Shown here piece after piece: positions 31,541 to 43,836 of a DNA stretch of 64,000 nucleotides. The stretch's first letter is position 1. Every line of letters starts with the position of its first letter. This DNA comes from the human T2T-CHM13v2.0 reference genome, Homo sapiens. The DNA is taken from NCBI RefSeq assembly GCF_009914755.1, contig NC_060937.1; one strand, written 5' to 3'. Made by a program: the position numbers and the translations under genes. The notes beneath the pieces are model-generated. The model saw only the letters and a list, made by a program, of their open reading frames with translations, ran no database searches and had not been told where the DNA came from.

Positions 31541-32824
31541 TTTTTGCAAAAGAAGCTCAAGTACATCTAATCGAATCCCTTACCAAGGCCTGAATTCTTC
31601 ACTTCTGACATCCCAGATTTGATCTCCCTACAGAATGCTGTACAGAACTGGCGAGTTGATTTCTGGACTTGGATACCTCATAGAAACTACATATGAATAA
31701 AGATCCAATCCTAAAATCTGGGGTGGCTTCTCCCTCGACTGTCTCGAAAAATCGTACCTCTGTTCCCCTAGGATGCCGGAAGAGTTTTCTCAATGTGCAT
31801 CTGCCCGTGTCCTAAGTGATCTGTGACCGAGCCCTGTCCGTCCTGTCTCAAATATGTACGTGCAAACACTTCTCTCCATTTCCACAACTACCCACGGCCC
31901 CTTGTGGAACCACTGGCTCTTTGAAAAAAATCCCAGAAGTGGTTTTGGCTTTTTGGCTAGGAGGCCTAAGCCTGCTGAGAACTTTCCTGCCCAGGATCCT
32001 GTGTGACCAAAAGTGCCTCTGCTGGGAGCTGGGATCCTCGGGACCATGCTTGCTAGCGCTGGATGAGTCTCTGGAAGGACGCACGGGACTCCGCAAAGCT
32101 GACCTGTCCCACCGAGGTCAAATGGATACCTCTGCATTGGCCCGAGGCCTCCGAAGTACATCACCGTCACCAACCGTCACCGTCAGCATCCTTGTGAGCC
32201 TGCCCAAGGCCCCGCCTCCGGGGAGACTCTTGGGAGCCCGGCCTTCGTCGGCTAAAGTCCAAAGGGATGGTGACTTCCACCCACAAGGTCCCCACTGAAC
32301 GGCGAAGATGTGGAGCGTAGGTCAGAGAGGGGACCAGGAGGGGAGACGTCCCGACAGGCGATGAGTTCCCAAGGCTCTGGCCACCCCACCCACGCCCCAC
32401 GCCCCACGTCCCGGGCACCCGCGGGACACCGCCGCTTTATCCCCTCCTCTGTCCACAGCCGGCCCCACCCCACCACGCAACCCACGCACACACGCTGGAG
32501 GTTCCAAAACCACACGGTGTGACTAGAGCCTGACGGAGCGAGAGCCCATTTCACGAGGTGGGAGGGGTGGGGGTGGGGTGGGTTGGGGGTTGTGGGGTCT
32601 GTGGCGAGCCCGATTCTCCCTCTTGGGTGGCTACAGGCTAGAAATGAATATCGCTTCTCGGGCGGAGGGGCTTCCTTAGGCCATCACCGCTTGCGGGACT
32701 ACCTCTCAAACCCTCCCTTGAGGCCACAAAATAGATTCCACCCCACCCATCGACGTTTCCCCCGGGTGCTGGATGTATCCTGTCAAGAGACCTGAGCCTG
32801 ACACCGTCGAATTAAACACCTTGA

Positions 32825-33012
<188 letters not shown>

Positions 33013-33813
33013 CCTCTTTCATTGGTTTTCACTGGAGATTCTAGATTCGAGCCACACCTCATTCCGTGCCACAGAGAGACTTCTTTTTTTTTTTTTTTTT
33101 AAGCGCAACGCAACATGTCTGCCTTATTTGAGTGGCTTCCTATATCATTATAATTGTGTTATAGATGAAGAAACGGTATTAAACACTGTGCTAATGATAG
33201 TGAAAGTGAAGACAAAAGAAAGGCTATCTATTTTGTGGTTAGAATAAAGTTGCTCAGTATTTAGAGCTACCTAAATACGTCAGCATTTACACTCTTCCTA
33301 GTAAAAGCTGGCCAATCTGAATAATCCTCCTTTAAACAAACACAATTTTTGATAGGGTTAAGATTTTTTTAAGAATGCGACTCCTGCAAAATAGCTGAAC
33401 AGACGATACACATTTAAAAAAATAACAACACAAGGATCAACCAGACTTGGGAAAAAATCGAAAACCACACAAGTCTTATGAAGAACTGAGTTCTTAAAAT
33501 AGGACGGAGAACGTAGCTATCGGAAGAGAAGGCAGTATTGGCAAGTTGATTGTTACGTTGGTCAGCAGTAGCTGGCACTATCTTTTTGGCCATCTTTCGG
33601 GCAATGTAACTACTACAGCAAAATGAGATATGATCCATTAAACAACATATTCGCAAATCAAAAAGTGTTTCAGTAATATAATGCTTCAGATTTAGAAGCA
33701 AATCAAATGATAGAACTCCACTGCTGTAATAAGTCACCCCAAAGATCACCGTATCTGACAAAATAACTACCACAGGGTTATGACTTCAGAATCATACTTT
33801 CTCTTGATATTTA

Positions 33814-34132
33814 CTTATGTATGTATTTATTTTTTTTAATTTATTTCTCTTGAGACGGCGTCTCGCTCTGTCGCCCAGGCTGGAGTGCGATGGTGTGATC
33901 TCGGCTCACTGCAACCGCCACCTCCCTGGGTTCAAGCGATTCTCCTGCCTCAGCCTCCCGAGTAGCTGGGACTACAGGTGCCCGCCACCACGCCCAGCTA
34001 ATCTTTATACTTTTAATAGAGACGGGGTTTCACCGTGTCGGCCCGGATGGTCTCGATCTCTTGACCTCGTGACCCGCCCGCCTCGGCCTCCCAAAGTGCT
34101 GGGATGACAGGCGTGAGCCACTGAGCCCGGCC
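33814..34132 (-). mobile_element. Full-length Alu with 15-bp target-site duplication
   Basis: GAGACGGCGTCTCGCTCTGTCGCCCAGG...GAGCCACTGAGCCCGGCC; flanks TTCTCTTGATATTTA (33799-33813) and TTCTCTTGACGTTTA (34133-34147). Confidence 0.92.
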
Positions 34133-34825
34133 TTCTCTTGACGTTTAAACTATGAAGTCAGTCCAGAGAAACGCAATAAATGTCAACGGTGAGGATGGTG
34201 TTGAGGCAGAAGTAGGACCACACTTTTTCCTATCTTATTCAGTTGATAACAATATGACCTAGGTAGTAATTTCCTATGTGCCTACTTATACACGAGTACA
34301 AAAGAGTAAAACAGAGAGACTGCTAAATTAAAGGGTACGTGAAGTTCTTCATAGTAACTCCGTAAACTGGAACACTGTCAAAAAGCAGCAGCTAGTGAAT
34401 TGTTTCCATGTATTTTTCTATGATCCAATAAGTGAACTATGCTATTCCTTTCCAGTCTCCCAAGCACTTCTTGTCCCCATCACCACTTCGGTGCTCGAAG
34501 AAAAAGTAACAAATCAAGGAACACAACTAAAGAAACACACACACAAACCAAAGACAACTACAGCGTCTGCAAAAGTTTGCTAGAAGACTGAAACTGTTGA
34601 GTATAAGGATCTGGTATTCTACGATGATCATGAGTTCACTTCAGAGTTTGTTCAAGACATACGTTTCGTAAGGAAACATCTTAGTTAGAAGTTATTCAGC
34701 AGTAGGTACCATCCCTAAGTATTTTTCACCAAATTCGTGACAATAAAGAGCTATCTAACCAGAAAAATTAGCGAGTACCGGCACCATCCATAGGGCTTTG
34801 TCTTTACGCTTCATTAGCACTTACC

Positions 34826-36758
34826 ATGCCTTACAATGTCTAGGATTGACCCTGATAGCATTTCGAAAACAAGCTAATGCTTTGTCCAGTTCTTCAGTGA
34901 AGACAAGCTCACGCCCTAATGCGCTATAGGCATAAGCATCATTTGGATCCACTTCGAGAGTTCTCTGGAAGAATTGAATCGCAATATCGTGTTCCCGTTG
35001 CAGACCGAAACAGTTCCCTGCAGCACACCAGGCCTCTGGCTGGCGAATTTTTATCCATGTCTGTGAAGTCTTTGGACAGAACTGAAAGAGCAACCTCTTT
35101 CGGAGGATGCCAAAGTGTTGTAGAGTAGATCTCCATGCCTTCGACTCTGTAATTCTCAATCCTCCTAACCTCTGAGAATTGTCTTTCAGCTTGCGTGGAC
35201 TCTGAAAGTTTACAATAGGCCCTTCCGATTTGGCACAGTACCCAACCGGTATTGCGGTGGTGAGAAGCTAGATGGCTCAAGATGCTGATAGCTTCTTTGC
35301 CGTGGTAAGAACACAAAGCTAAATAACCTTTCCCCCTTTCACGAAGAAGGCTCATCAAGCCTTCCGCTGCTGCTTTTTGTAGATTAAAAGCCTGAATCTG
35401 AGGCGCGATTGCGGCTATTTCCCCTTCTGAAATGACGGAAGAGTCCAATTTTGTCACTTCCAGGCTATCACTTATGTTCGGTGGAGTTATTGCTCCTTTA
35501 TTAGTTTTACTTTTGGTTCTTCTGTTTGGGATTTTAGGTGGAAACTTCATTTTTAATTTTCTCCTATTCTCCTCGGTTGTGGAGCTGTCACTAGTCAAGA
35601 GTCGTGAATTTCTTCGAGGCGGTGCATTTGGGGGAGATGCCATAGTGGGGCTCAATACCTGAGGTGTTGCCCTTGTCGGCGGACCAGAACTTTGTGTTTT
35701 TGCAAGGACTGGAGTTACCTTTCGGCTCTTTCCCCTCTGCGAGAAGACAGACGGTGTTCCGGTTTGGCCGATTCTGGCAACAGGCTTTTTTGAAGGGGCT
35801 CCGGTGGATGGCACGTCAATGACAGACGGTGTCTCATACCAGTGCAGTTTTGTCAATAGGGTCCGTCTCCGGGACTTGGGGTTTCTAATGGCAAAATGCC
35901 AACACTTGGGGTTAATGGACTAACAGCTGCTGGTCCTCCTAATAAACTTCGACCAGGTTTTGGTTTATGTTGAACCTGTTTAGATCATATGGAAGTTCCT
36001 GTTCCCAGTGGGACAGTATCAGGTGAAAGGACAGCTGAATCGATAGAAGACACTGGGGAGTCTGTATTCAAGGAGTACTTTGAATTGGAAGATTCTAAAT
36101 TCCATCCGTTTCATTGGACGGTGTCCTGGGGTGTTTCCGTAAGAACGGTCTCGGGCTGTCTGTGACATAAACTAGGACGAGGTCCAAGTGTTGCGGCGCA
36201 ACACTTGGACAGGCAGTTGCTAAAGCTCTCTAGAGAGGTGAATCAAAATGTTTGGTCAGGATCTGGCTTTTCCCCCCTATTTCACATCATGATTCAAAGG
36301 GACACCAGAGGAAAGGATTTCAACGAAGGCTCTTTTGGTCACATTCTGATCCTTTGGTAAGCCGATCTGTCTTGCAATATACATGTCCCGACGATGGAAG
36401 GGGAAAGCGAGCTGAATCACCAAACTCAGGAACGATAATATCATCGTGGCTTTTCTGCTTATGAAACACTCCACCCGATAAGATTTGATCCCCTTCTGCA
36501 AGCTTGCTGAGATCAACACAACATTTCGCAAGCAGGCATTTGCATTGCGGGGTAGTACAACTGTGTCCTTTCAAGAGTCTATATGTTTTATAGGCCTTTC
36601 CTGAGCGGTAAGAACAGGTCGCCAGTAAGAACAAGGCTTCTTCTGAGTGTACTTCTGCATAAAGGCGTTCTGCGGGGGAAACCGCATCTCGGTAGGTAGG
36701 CATAGTGGTTTAGTGCTTGCCATATAGCAGCCTGGACGGGTCCCTGCAGCACCGCCAT
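34826..36758 (-). pseudogene. CDC27P: CDC27 (APC3) processed pseudogene, coding-homologous part; whole insertion probably 33087-36889
   Basis: ATG GCG GTG CTG CAG at 36758; ORF track gives AERLYAEVHSEEALFLLATC, LKMKFPPKIPNR, AFNLQKAAAEGLMSLLRE, EAWCAAGNCF, LDKALACFRNAIRVNPRH (CDC27 TPR regions); intronless; frameshifts at ~36695 and ~35040. Confidence 0.95.
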
Positions 36759-37414
36759 CCTCGAGGCTCAGGCCCACTTTCTGCAGTGCCTCAGGCACCC
36801 CCCCCCCCCCCCATAGCGGCTCCGGCCCGGCCAGCCCCGGCTCATTTAAAGGCACCAGCCGCCGTTACCGGGGGATGGGGGAGTCCGAGACAGAATGACT
36901 TCTTTATCCTGCTGACTCTGGAAAGCCCGGCGCCTTGTGATCCATTGCAAACCGAGAGTCACCTCGTGTTTAGAACACGGATCCACTCCCAAGTTCAGTG
37001 GGGGGATGTGAGGGGTGTGGCAGGTAGGACGAAGGACTCTCTTCCTTCTGATTCGGTCTGCACAGTGGGGCCTAGGGCTGGAGCTCTCTCCGTGCGGACC
37101 GCTGACTCCCTCTACCTTGGGTTCCCTCGGCCCCACCCTGGAACGCCGGGCCTTGGCAGATTCTGGCCCTTCCTGGCCCTTCAGTCGCTGTCAGAAACCC
37201 CATCTCATGCTCGGATGCCCCGAGTGACTGTGGCTCGCACCTCTCCGGAAACATTGGAAATCTCTCCTCTACGCGCGGCCACCTGAAACCACAGGAGCTC
37301 GGGACACACGTGCTTTCGGGAGAGAATGCTGAGAGTCTCTTGCCGACTCTCTCTTGACTTGAGTTCTTCGTGGGTGCGTGGTTAAGACGTAGTGAGACCA
37401 GATGTATTAACTCA

Positions 37415-37575
37415 GGCCGGGTGCTGGTGGCTCACGCCTGTAACCCCAACACTTTGGGAGGCCGAGGCCGTAGGATCCCTCGAGGAATCGCCTAACCCTG
37501 GGGAGGTTGAGGTTGCAGTGAGTGAGCCATAGTTGTGTCACTGTGCTCCAGTCTGGGCGAAAGACAGAATGAGGC
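37415..37575 (+). mobile_element. Alu monomer-like element followed by (CAGG)n
   Basis: GGCCGGGTGCTGGTGGCTCACGCCTGTAACCCCAACACTTTGGGAGGCCGAGG. Confidence 0.82.
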
Positions 37576-37581
37576 CCTGCC

Positions 37582-37613
<32 letters not shown>

Positions 37614-37683
37614 AAAGACAACAGCTGTATTATGTTCTTCTCAGGGTAGGAAGCAAAAATAACAGAATACAGCACTTAATTAA

Positions 37684-37981
37684 TTTTTTTTTTTCCCTTC
37701 GGACGGAGTTTCACTCTTGGTGCCCACGCTGGAGTGCAGTGGCACCATCTCGGCTCACCGCAACCTCCACCTCCTGCGTTCAAGCGATTCTCCTGCCTCA
37801 GCCTCCTGAGTAGCTGGGATTACAGGGAGGAGCCACCACACCCGGCTGATTTTGTATTGTTAGTAGAGACGGCATTTCTCCATGTGGGTCAGGCTGGTCT
37901 CGAACTGGCGACCCCAGTGGATCTGCCCGCCCCGGCCTCCCAAAGTGCTGGGGTGACAGGCGTGAGCCATCGTGACTGGCC
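37684..37981 (-). mobile_element. Alu (S-type)
   Basis: GACGGAGTTTCACTCTTG...TTCAAGCGATTCTCCTGCCTCAGCCTCCTGAGTAGCTGGGATTACAG. Confidence 0.9.
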
Positions 37982-37988
37982 GGCTACG

Positions 37989-38381
<393 letters not shown>

Positions 38382-38427
38382 TATTTATCTATTTATTAAC
38401 TTTGAGTCCAGGTTATGAAACCAGTTA

Positions 38428-38564
38428 GTTTTTGTAATTTTTTTTTTTTTTTTTTTTTTTTGAGACGAGGTTTCACCGTGTTGCCAAGGCTTGGACCGAG
38501 GGATCCACCGGCCCTCGGCCTCCCAAAAGTGCGGGGATGACAGGCGCGAGCCTACCGCGCCCGG
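38428..38564 (-). mobile_element. Alu left monomer fragment
   Basis: Poly-T, GAGACGAGGTTTCACCGTGTTGCC...CCTCGGCCTCCCAAAAGTGC...ACCGCGCCCGG. Confidence 0.78.
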
Positions 38565-39370
38565 ACCCCCCCTTTCCCCTTCCCCCGCTTGTCTTCCCGA
38601 CAGACAGTTTCACGGCAGAGCGTTTGGCTGGCGTGCTTAAACTCATTCTAAATAGAAATTTGGGACGTCAGCTTCTGGCCTCACGGACTCTGAGCCGAGG
38701 AGTCCCCTGGTCTGTCTATCACAGGACCGTACACGTAAGGAGGAGAAAAATCGTAACGTTCAAAGTCAGTCATTTTGTGATACAGAAATACACGGATTCA
38801 CCCAAAACACAGAAAGCAGTCTTTTAGAAATGGCCTTAGCCCTGGTGTCCGTGCCAGTGATTCTTTTCGGTTTGGACCTTGACTGAGAGGATTCCCAGTC
38901 GGTCTCTCGTCTCTGGACGGAAGTTCCAGATGATCCGATGGGTGGGGGACTTAGGCTGCGTCCCCCCAGGAGCCCTGGTCGATTAGTTGTGGGGATCGCC
39001 TTGGAGGGCGCGGTGACCCACTGTGCTGTGGGAGCCTCCATCCTTCCCCCCACCCCCTCCCCAGGGGATCCCAATTCATTCCGGGCTGACACGCTCACTG
39101 GCAGGCGTCGGGCATCACCTAGCGGTCACTGTTACTCTGAAAACGGAGGCCTCACAGAGGAAGGGAGCACCAGGCCGCCTGCGCACAGCCTGGGGCAACT
39201 GTGTCTTCTCCACCGCCCCCGCCCCCACCTCCAAGTTCCTCCCTCCCTTGTTGCCTAGGAAATCGCCACTTTGACGACCGGGTCTGATTGACCTTTGATC
39301 AGGCAAAAACGAACAAACAGATAAATAAATAAAATAACACAAAAGTAACTAACTAAATAAAATAAGTCAA

Positions 39371-39503
39371 TACAACCCATTACAATACAATAAGATACGA
39401 TACGATAGGATGCGATAGGATACGATAGGATACAATACAATACGATACGATACAATACAATACAATACAATACAATACAATACAATACAATACAATACAA
39501 TAC
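39371..39503. repeat. (TACAA)n/(TACGA)n pentamer repeat
   Basis: Direct reading. Confidence 0.92.
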
Positions 39504-39865
<362 letters not shown>

Positions 39866-39866
39866 T

Positions 39867-40332
<466 letters not shown>

Positions 40333-40606
40333 TTAACTTCATTTTATGTTATTATCGTGATTGATGTTTCGAGACGGAGTCTCGGAGGCCCGCCCTCCCT
40401 GGTTGCCCAGACAACCCCGGGAGACAGACCCTGGCTGGGCCCGATTGTTCTTCTCCTTGGTCAGGGGTTTCCTTGTCTTTCTTCGTGTCTTTAACCCGCG
40501 TGGACTCTTCCGCTCGGGTTTGACAGATGGCAGCTCCACTTTAGGCCTTGTTGTTGTTGGGGACTTTCCTGATTCTCCCCAGATGTAGTGAAAGCAGGTA
40601 GATTTG

Positions 40607-40638
40607 CCTTGCCTGGACTTGCCTGGCCTTGCCTTTTC
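40607..40638 (+). promoter_or_regulatory. RGC (ribosomal gene cluster) p53-binding element
   Basis: CCTTGCCTGGACTTGCCTGGCCTTGCCTTTTC; GGACTTGCCT (40615-40624) is a perfect RRRCWWGYYY half-site, followed by GGCCTTGCCT (one mismatch). Confidence 0.88.
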
Positions 40639-40639
40639 T

Positions 40640-41012
40640 TTCTTTCTTTCTTTATTACTTTCTCTTTTTCTTCTTCTTCTTCTTCTTCTTCTTCTTCTTC
40701 TTCTTCTTCTTCTTCTTCTTCTTTTTTTTTTGAGACAGAGTTTCACTCTTGTTGCCCAGGCTAGAGGGCAATGGTGCGATCTCGGCTCACCGCACCCTCC
40801 GCCTCCCAGGTTCAAGCGATTCTCCTGCCTCAGCCTCCTGATTAGCTGGGATTACAGGCATGGGCCACCGTGCCTGGCTGATGTTTGTACTTTTAGTAGA
40901 GACGGTGTTTTTCCATGTTGGTCAGGCTGGTCTCCCACTCCCAACCTCAGGTGGTCCGCCTGCCTTAGCCTCCCAAAGTGCTGGGATGACAGGCGTGAGC
41001 CACCGCGCCCAG

Positions 41013-41014
<2 letters not shown>
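40640..41014 (-). mobile_element. Alu (Sp/Sq-like) with (TTC)n tail
   Basis: GAGACAGAGTTTCACTCTTGTTGCCCAGGCT...GGCGTGAGCCACCGCGCCCAGCC. Confidence 0.92.
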
Positions 41015-41063
<49 letters not shown>

Positions 41064-41714
41064 CGCTCGCTTGCTTGCTTGCTTTCGTGCTTTCTTGCTT
41101 TCCCGTTTTCTTGCTTTCTTTCTTTCTTTCGTTTCTTTCATGCTTGCTTTCTTGCTTGCTTGCTTGCTTTCGTGCTTTCTTGCTTTCCTGTTTTCTTTTT
41201 CTTTCTTTCTTTCTTTCTTTCTTTTGTTTCTTTCTTGCTTGCTTTCTTGCTTGCTTGCTTGCTTTCGTGCTTTCTTGCTTTCCTGTTTTCTTTCTTTCTT
41301 TCTTTCTTTTGTTTCTTTCTTGCTTGCTTTCTTGCTTGCTTGCTTTCGTGCTTTCTTGTTTTCTCGCTTTCTTTCTTTCTTTTGTTTCTTTCCTGCTTGC
41401 TTTCTTGCTTGATTGCTTTCGTGCTTTCTTGCTTTCTTGTTTTCTTTCTTTCTTTTGTTTCTTTCTTTCTTGCTTCCTTGTTTTCTTGCTTTCTTGCTTG
41501 CTTGCTTTCGTGCTTTCTTGTTTTCTTGCTTTCTTTCTTTTGTTTCTTTCTTGCTTGCTTTCTTGCTTCCTTGTTTTCTTGCTTTCTTGCTTGCTTGCTT
41601 TCGTGCTTTCTTTCTTGCTTTCTTTTCTTTCTTTCTTTTCTTTTTCTTTCTTTCTTGCTTTCTTTTCTTTCATTCATTCATTCTTTCTTTCTTTCCTTTC
41701 TTTCTTTCTTTCTT

Positions 41715-41749
<35 letters not shown>

Positions 41750-41755
41750 GTTTCG
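41015..41755. repeat. (CT)n followed by a (CTTG)/(CTTT) compound repeat with 75-95 bp higher-order units
   Basis: Marker GCTTTCGTGCTTTCTT recurs about seven times (~41081, 41166, 41261, 41342, 41416, 41504, 41596). Confidence 0.88.
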
Positions 41756-41758
41756 TCC

Positions 41759-42052
<294 letters not shown>

Positions 42053-43128
42053 TGTTGACTCATTTCGCTTTTTTATTTCTTTCGTTTCCACGCGTTTACT
42101 TATATGTATTAATGTAAACGTTTCTGTACGCTTATATGCAAACAACGACAACGTGTATCTCTGCATTGAATACTCTTGCGTATGGTAAATACGTATCGGT
42201 TGTATGGAAATAGACTTCTGTATGATAGATGTAGGTGTTTGTGTTATACAAATAAATACACATCGCTCTATAAAGAAGGGATCGTCGATAAAGACGTTTA
42301 TTTTACGTATGAAAAGCGTCGTATGTATGTGTGTAAATGAACGAGCGTACGTAGTTATCTCTGTTTTCTTTCTTCCTCTCCTTCGTGTTTTTCTTCCTTC
42401 CTTTCTTCCTTTCTCTCCTTCTTTAGGTTTTTCTTCCTCTCTTCCTTTCCTTCTTTCTCTCTTTCTGTCCTTTTTTCCTTCGTGCTTTATTTCTCTTTCG
42501 TTCCCTGTGTTTCCTTCTTTTTTCTTTCCTCTCTGTTTCTTTTTCCCTTCTTTCCTTCGTTTCTTTCCTCATTCTTTCTCTCTTTTTCGTGTTTCTTTCC
42601 TTCCCGTCTGTCTTTTAAAAAATGGAGTGTTTCAGAAGTTTACTTTGTGTATCTACGTTTTCTAAATTGTCTCTCTTTTCTCCATTTTCTTCCTCCCTCC
42701 CTCCCTCCCTCCCTTCCTGCTCCCTTCCCTCCCTCCTTCCCTTTCGCCATCTGTCTCTTTTCCCCACTCCCCTCCCCCCGTCTGTCTCTGCGTGGATTCC
42801 GGAAGAGCCTACGCATTCTGCCTCTCCGTGTGTCTGCAGCGACCCGCGACCGAGTCCTTGTGTGTTCTTTCTCCCTCCCTCCCTCCCTCCCTCCCTCCCT
42901 CCCTGCTTCCGAGAGGCATCTCCAAACACCCACGCGCCGTGGGTTGTCTTCTGACTCTGTCGCGGTCGAGGCAGAGACGCGTTTTGGGCACCGTTTGTGT
43001 GGGGTTGGGGCAGAGGGGCTGCGTTTTCGGCCTCGGGAAGAGCTTCTCGACTCACGGTTTCGCTTTCGCGGTCCACGGGCCGCCCTGCCAGCCGGATCTG
43101 TCTCGCTGACGTCCGCGGCGGTTGTCGG

Positions 43129-43146
43129 GCTCCATCTGGCGGCCGC
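43129..43146 (-). promoter_or_regulatory. CTCF motif ~0.88 kb upstream of the TSS (spacer-promoter boundary)
   Basis: Reverse complement GGCCGCCAGATGGAGC fits the CTCF core; position agrees with the known CTCF site upstream of the human rDNA promoter. Confidence 0.75.
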
Positions 43147-43339
43147 TTTGAGATCGTGCTCTCGGCTTCCGGAGCTGCGGTGGCAGCTGCCGAGGGAGGG
43201 GACCGTCCCCGCTGTGAGCTAGGCAGAGCTCCGGAAAGCCCGCGGTCGTCAGCCCGGCTGGCCCGGTGGCGCCAGAGCTGTGGCGCGTCGCTTGTGAGTC
43301 ACAGCTCTGGCGTGCAGGTTTATGTGGGGGAGAGGCTGT

Positions 43340-43431
43340 CGCTGCGCTTCTGGGCCCGCGGCGGGCGTGGGGCTGCCCGGGCCGGTCGACCAGCGCGCCG
43401 TAGCTCCCGAGGCCCGAGCCGCGACCCGCGG
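43340..43431 (+). ncRNA. MIR6724: MIR6724-annotated hairpin (status as a true miRNA doubtful)
   Basis: CTGGGCCCGCGGCGGGCGTGGGG at 43350-43372 matches the mature sequence as recalled. Confidence 0.6.
43383..43393 (+). terminator. Upstream Sal box, putative spacer-promoter terminator (Tsp)
   Basis: CGGTCGACCAG at -630 from the TSS, same orientation as T1. Confidence 0.65.
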
Positions 43432-43836
43432 GGACCCGCCGCGCGTGGCGCGGGAGGCTGGGGACGCCCTTCCCGGCCCGGTCGCGGGTCCGCGCTCATC
43501 CTGGCCGTCTGAGGCGGCGGCCGAATTCGTTTCCGAGTCCCCGTGGGGAGCCGGGGACCGTCCCGCCCCCGTCCCCCGGGTGCCGGGGAGCGGTCCCTCT
43601 GCCGCGATCCTTTCTGGCGAGTCCCCGTGCGGAGTCGGAGAGCGCTCCCTGAGCGCGCGTGCGGCCCGAGAGGTCGCGCCTGGCCGGCCTTCGGTCCCTC
43701 GTGTGTCCCGGTCGTAGGAGGGGCCGGCCGAAAATGCTTCCGGCTCCCGCTCTGGAGACACGGGCCGGCCCCCTGCGTGTGGCACGGGCGGCCGGGAGGG
43801 CGTCCCCGGCCCGGCGCTGCTCCCGCGTGTGTCCTG

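Noticed and set aside
33414-33773. 119-aa ORF with ordinary-looking composition
   Set aside because: No recognisable homology; lies in AT-rich, probably intron-derived sequence; length is compatible with chance.
34939-35856. 305-aa CDC27-like ORF as a functional gene
   Set aside because: No in-frame native start, upstream frameshift and stop, a downstream frameshift and many non-conservative changes; treated as a pseudogene.
43060-43115. CTTTCGC...GGGCCGCC...GCTGAC as a duplicate of the core promoter
   Set aside because: The same three short words occur in order but with different spacing from the real promoter; too weak to place the spacer TSS.
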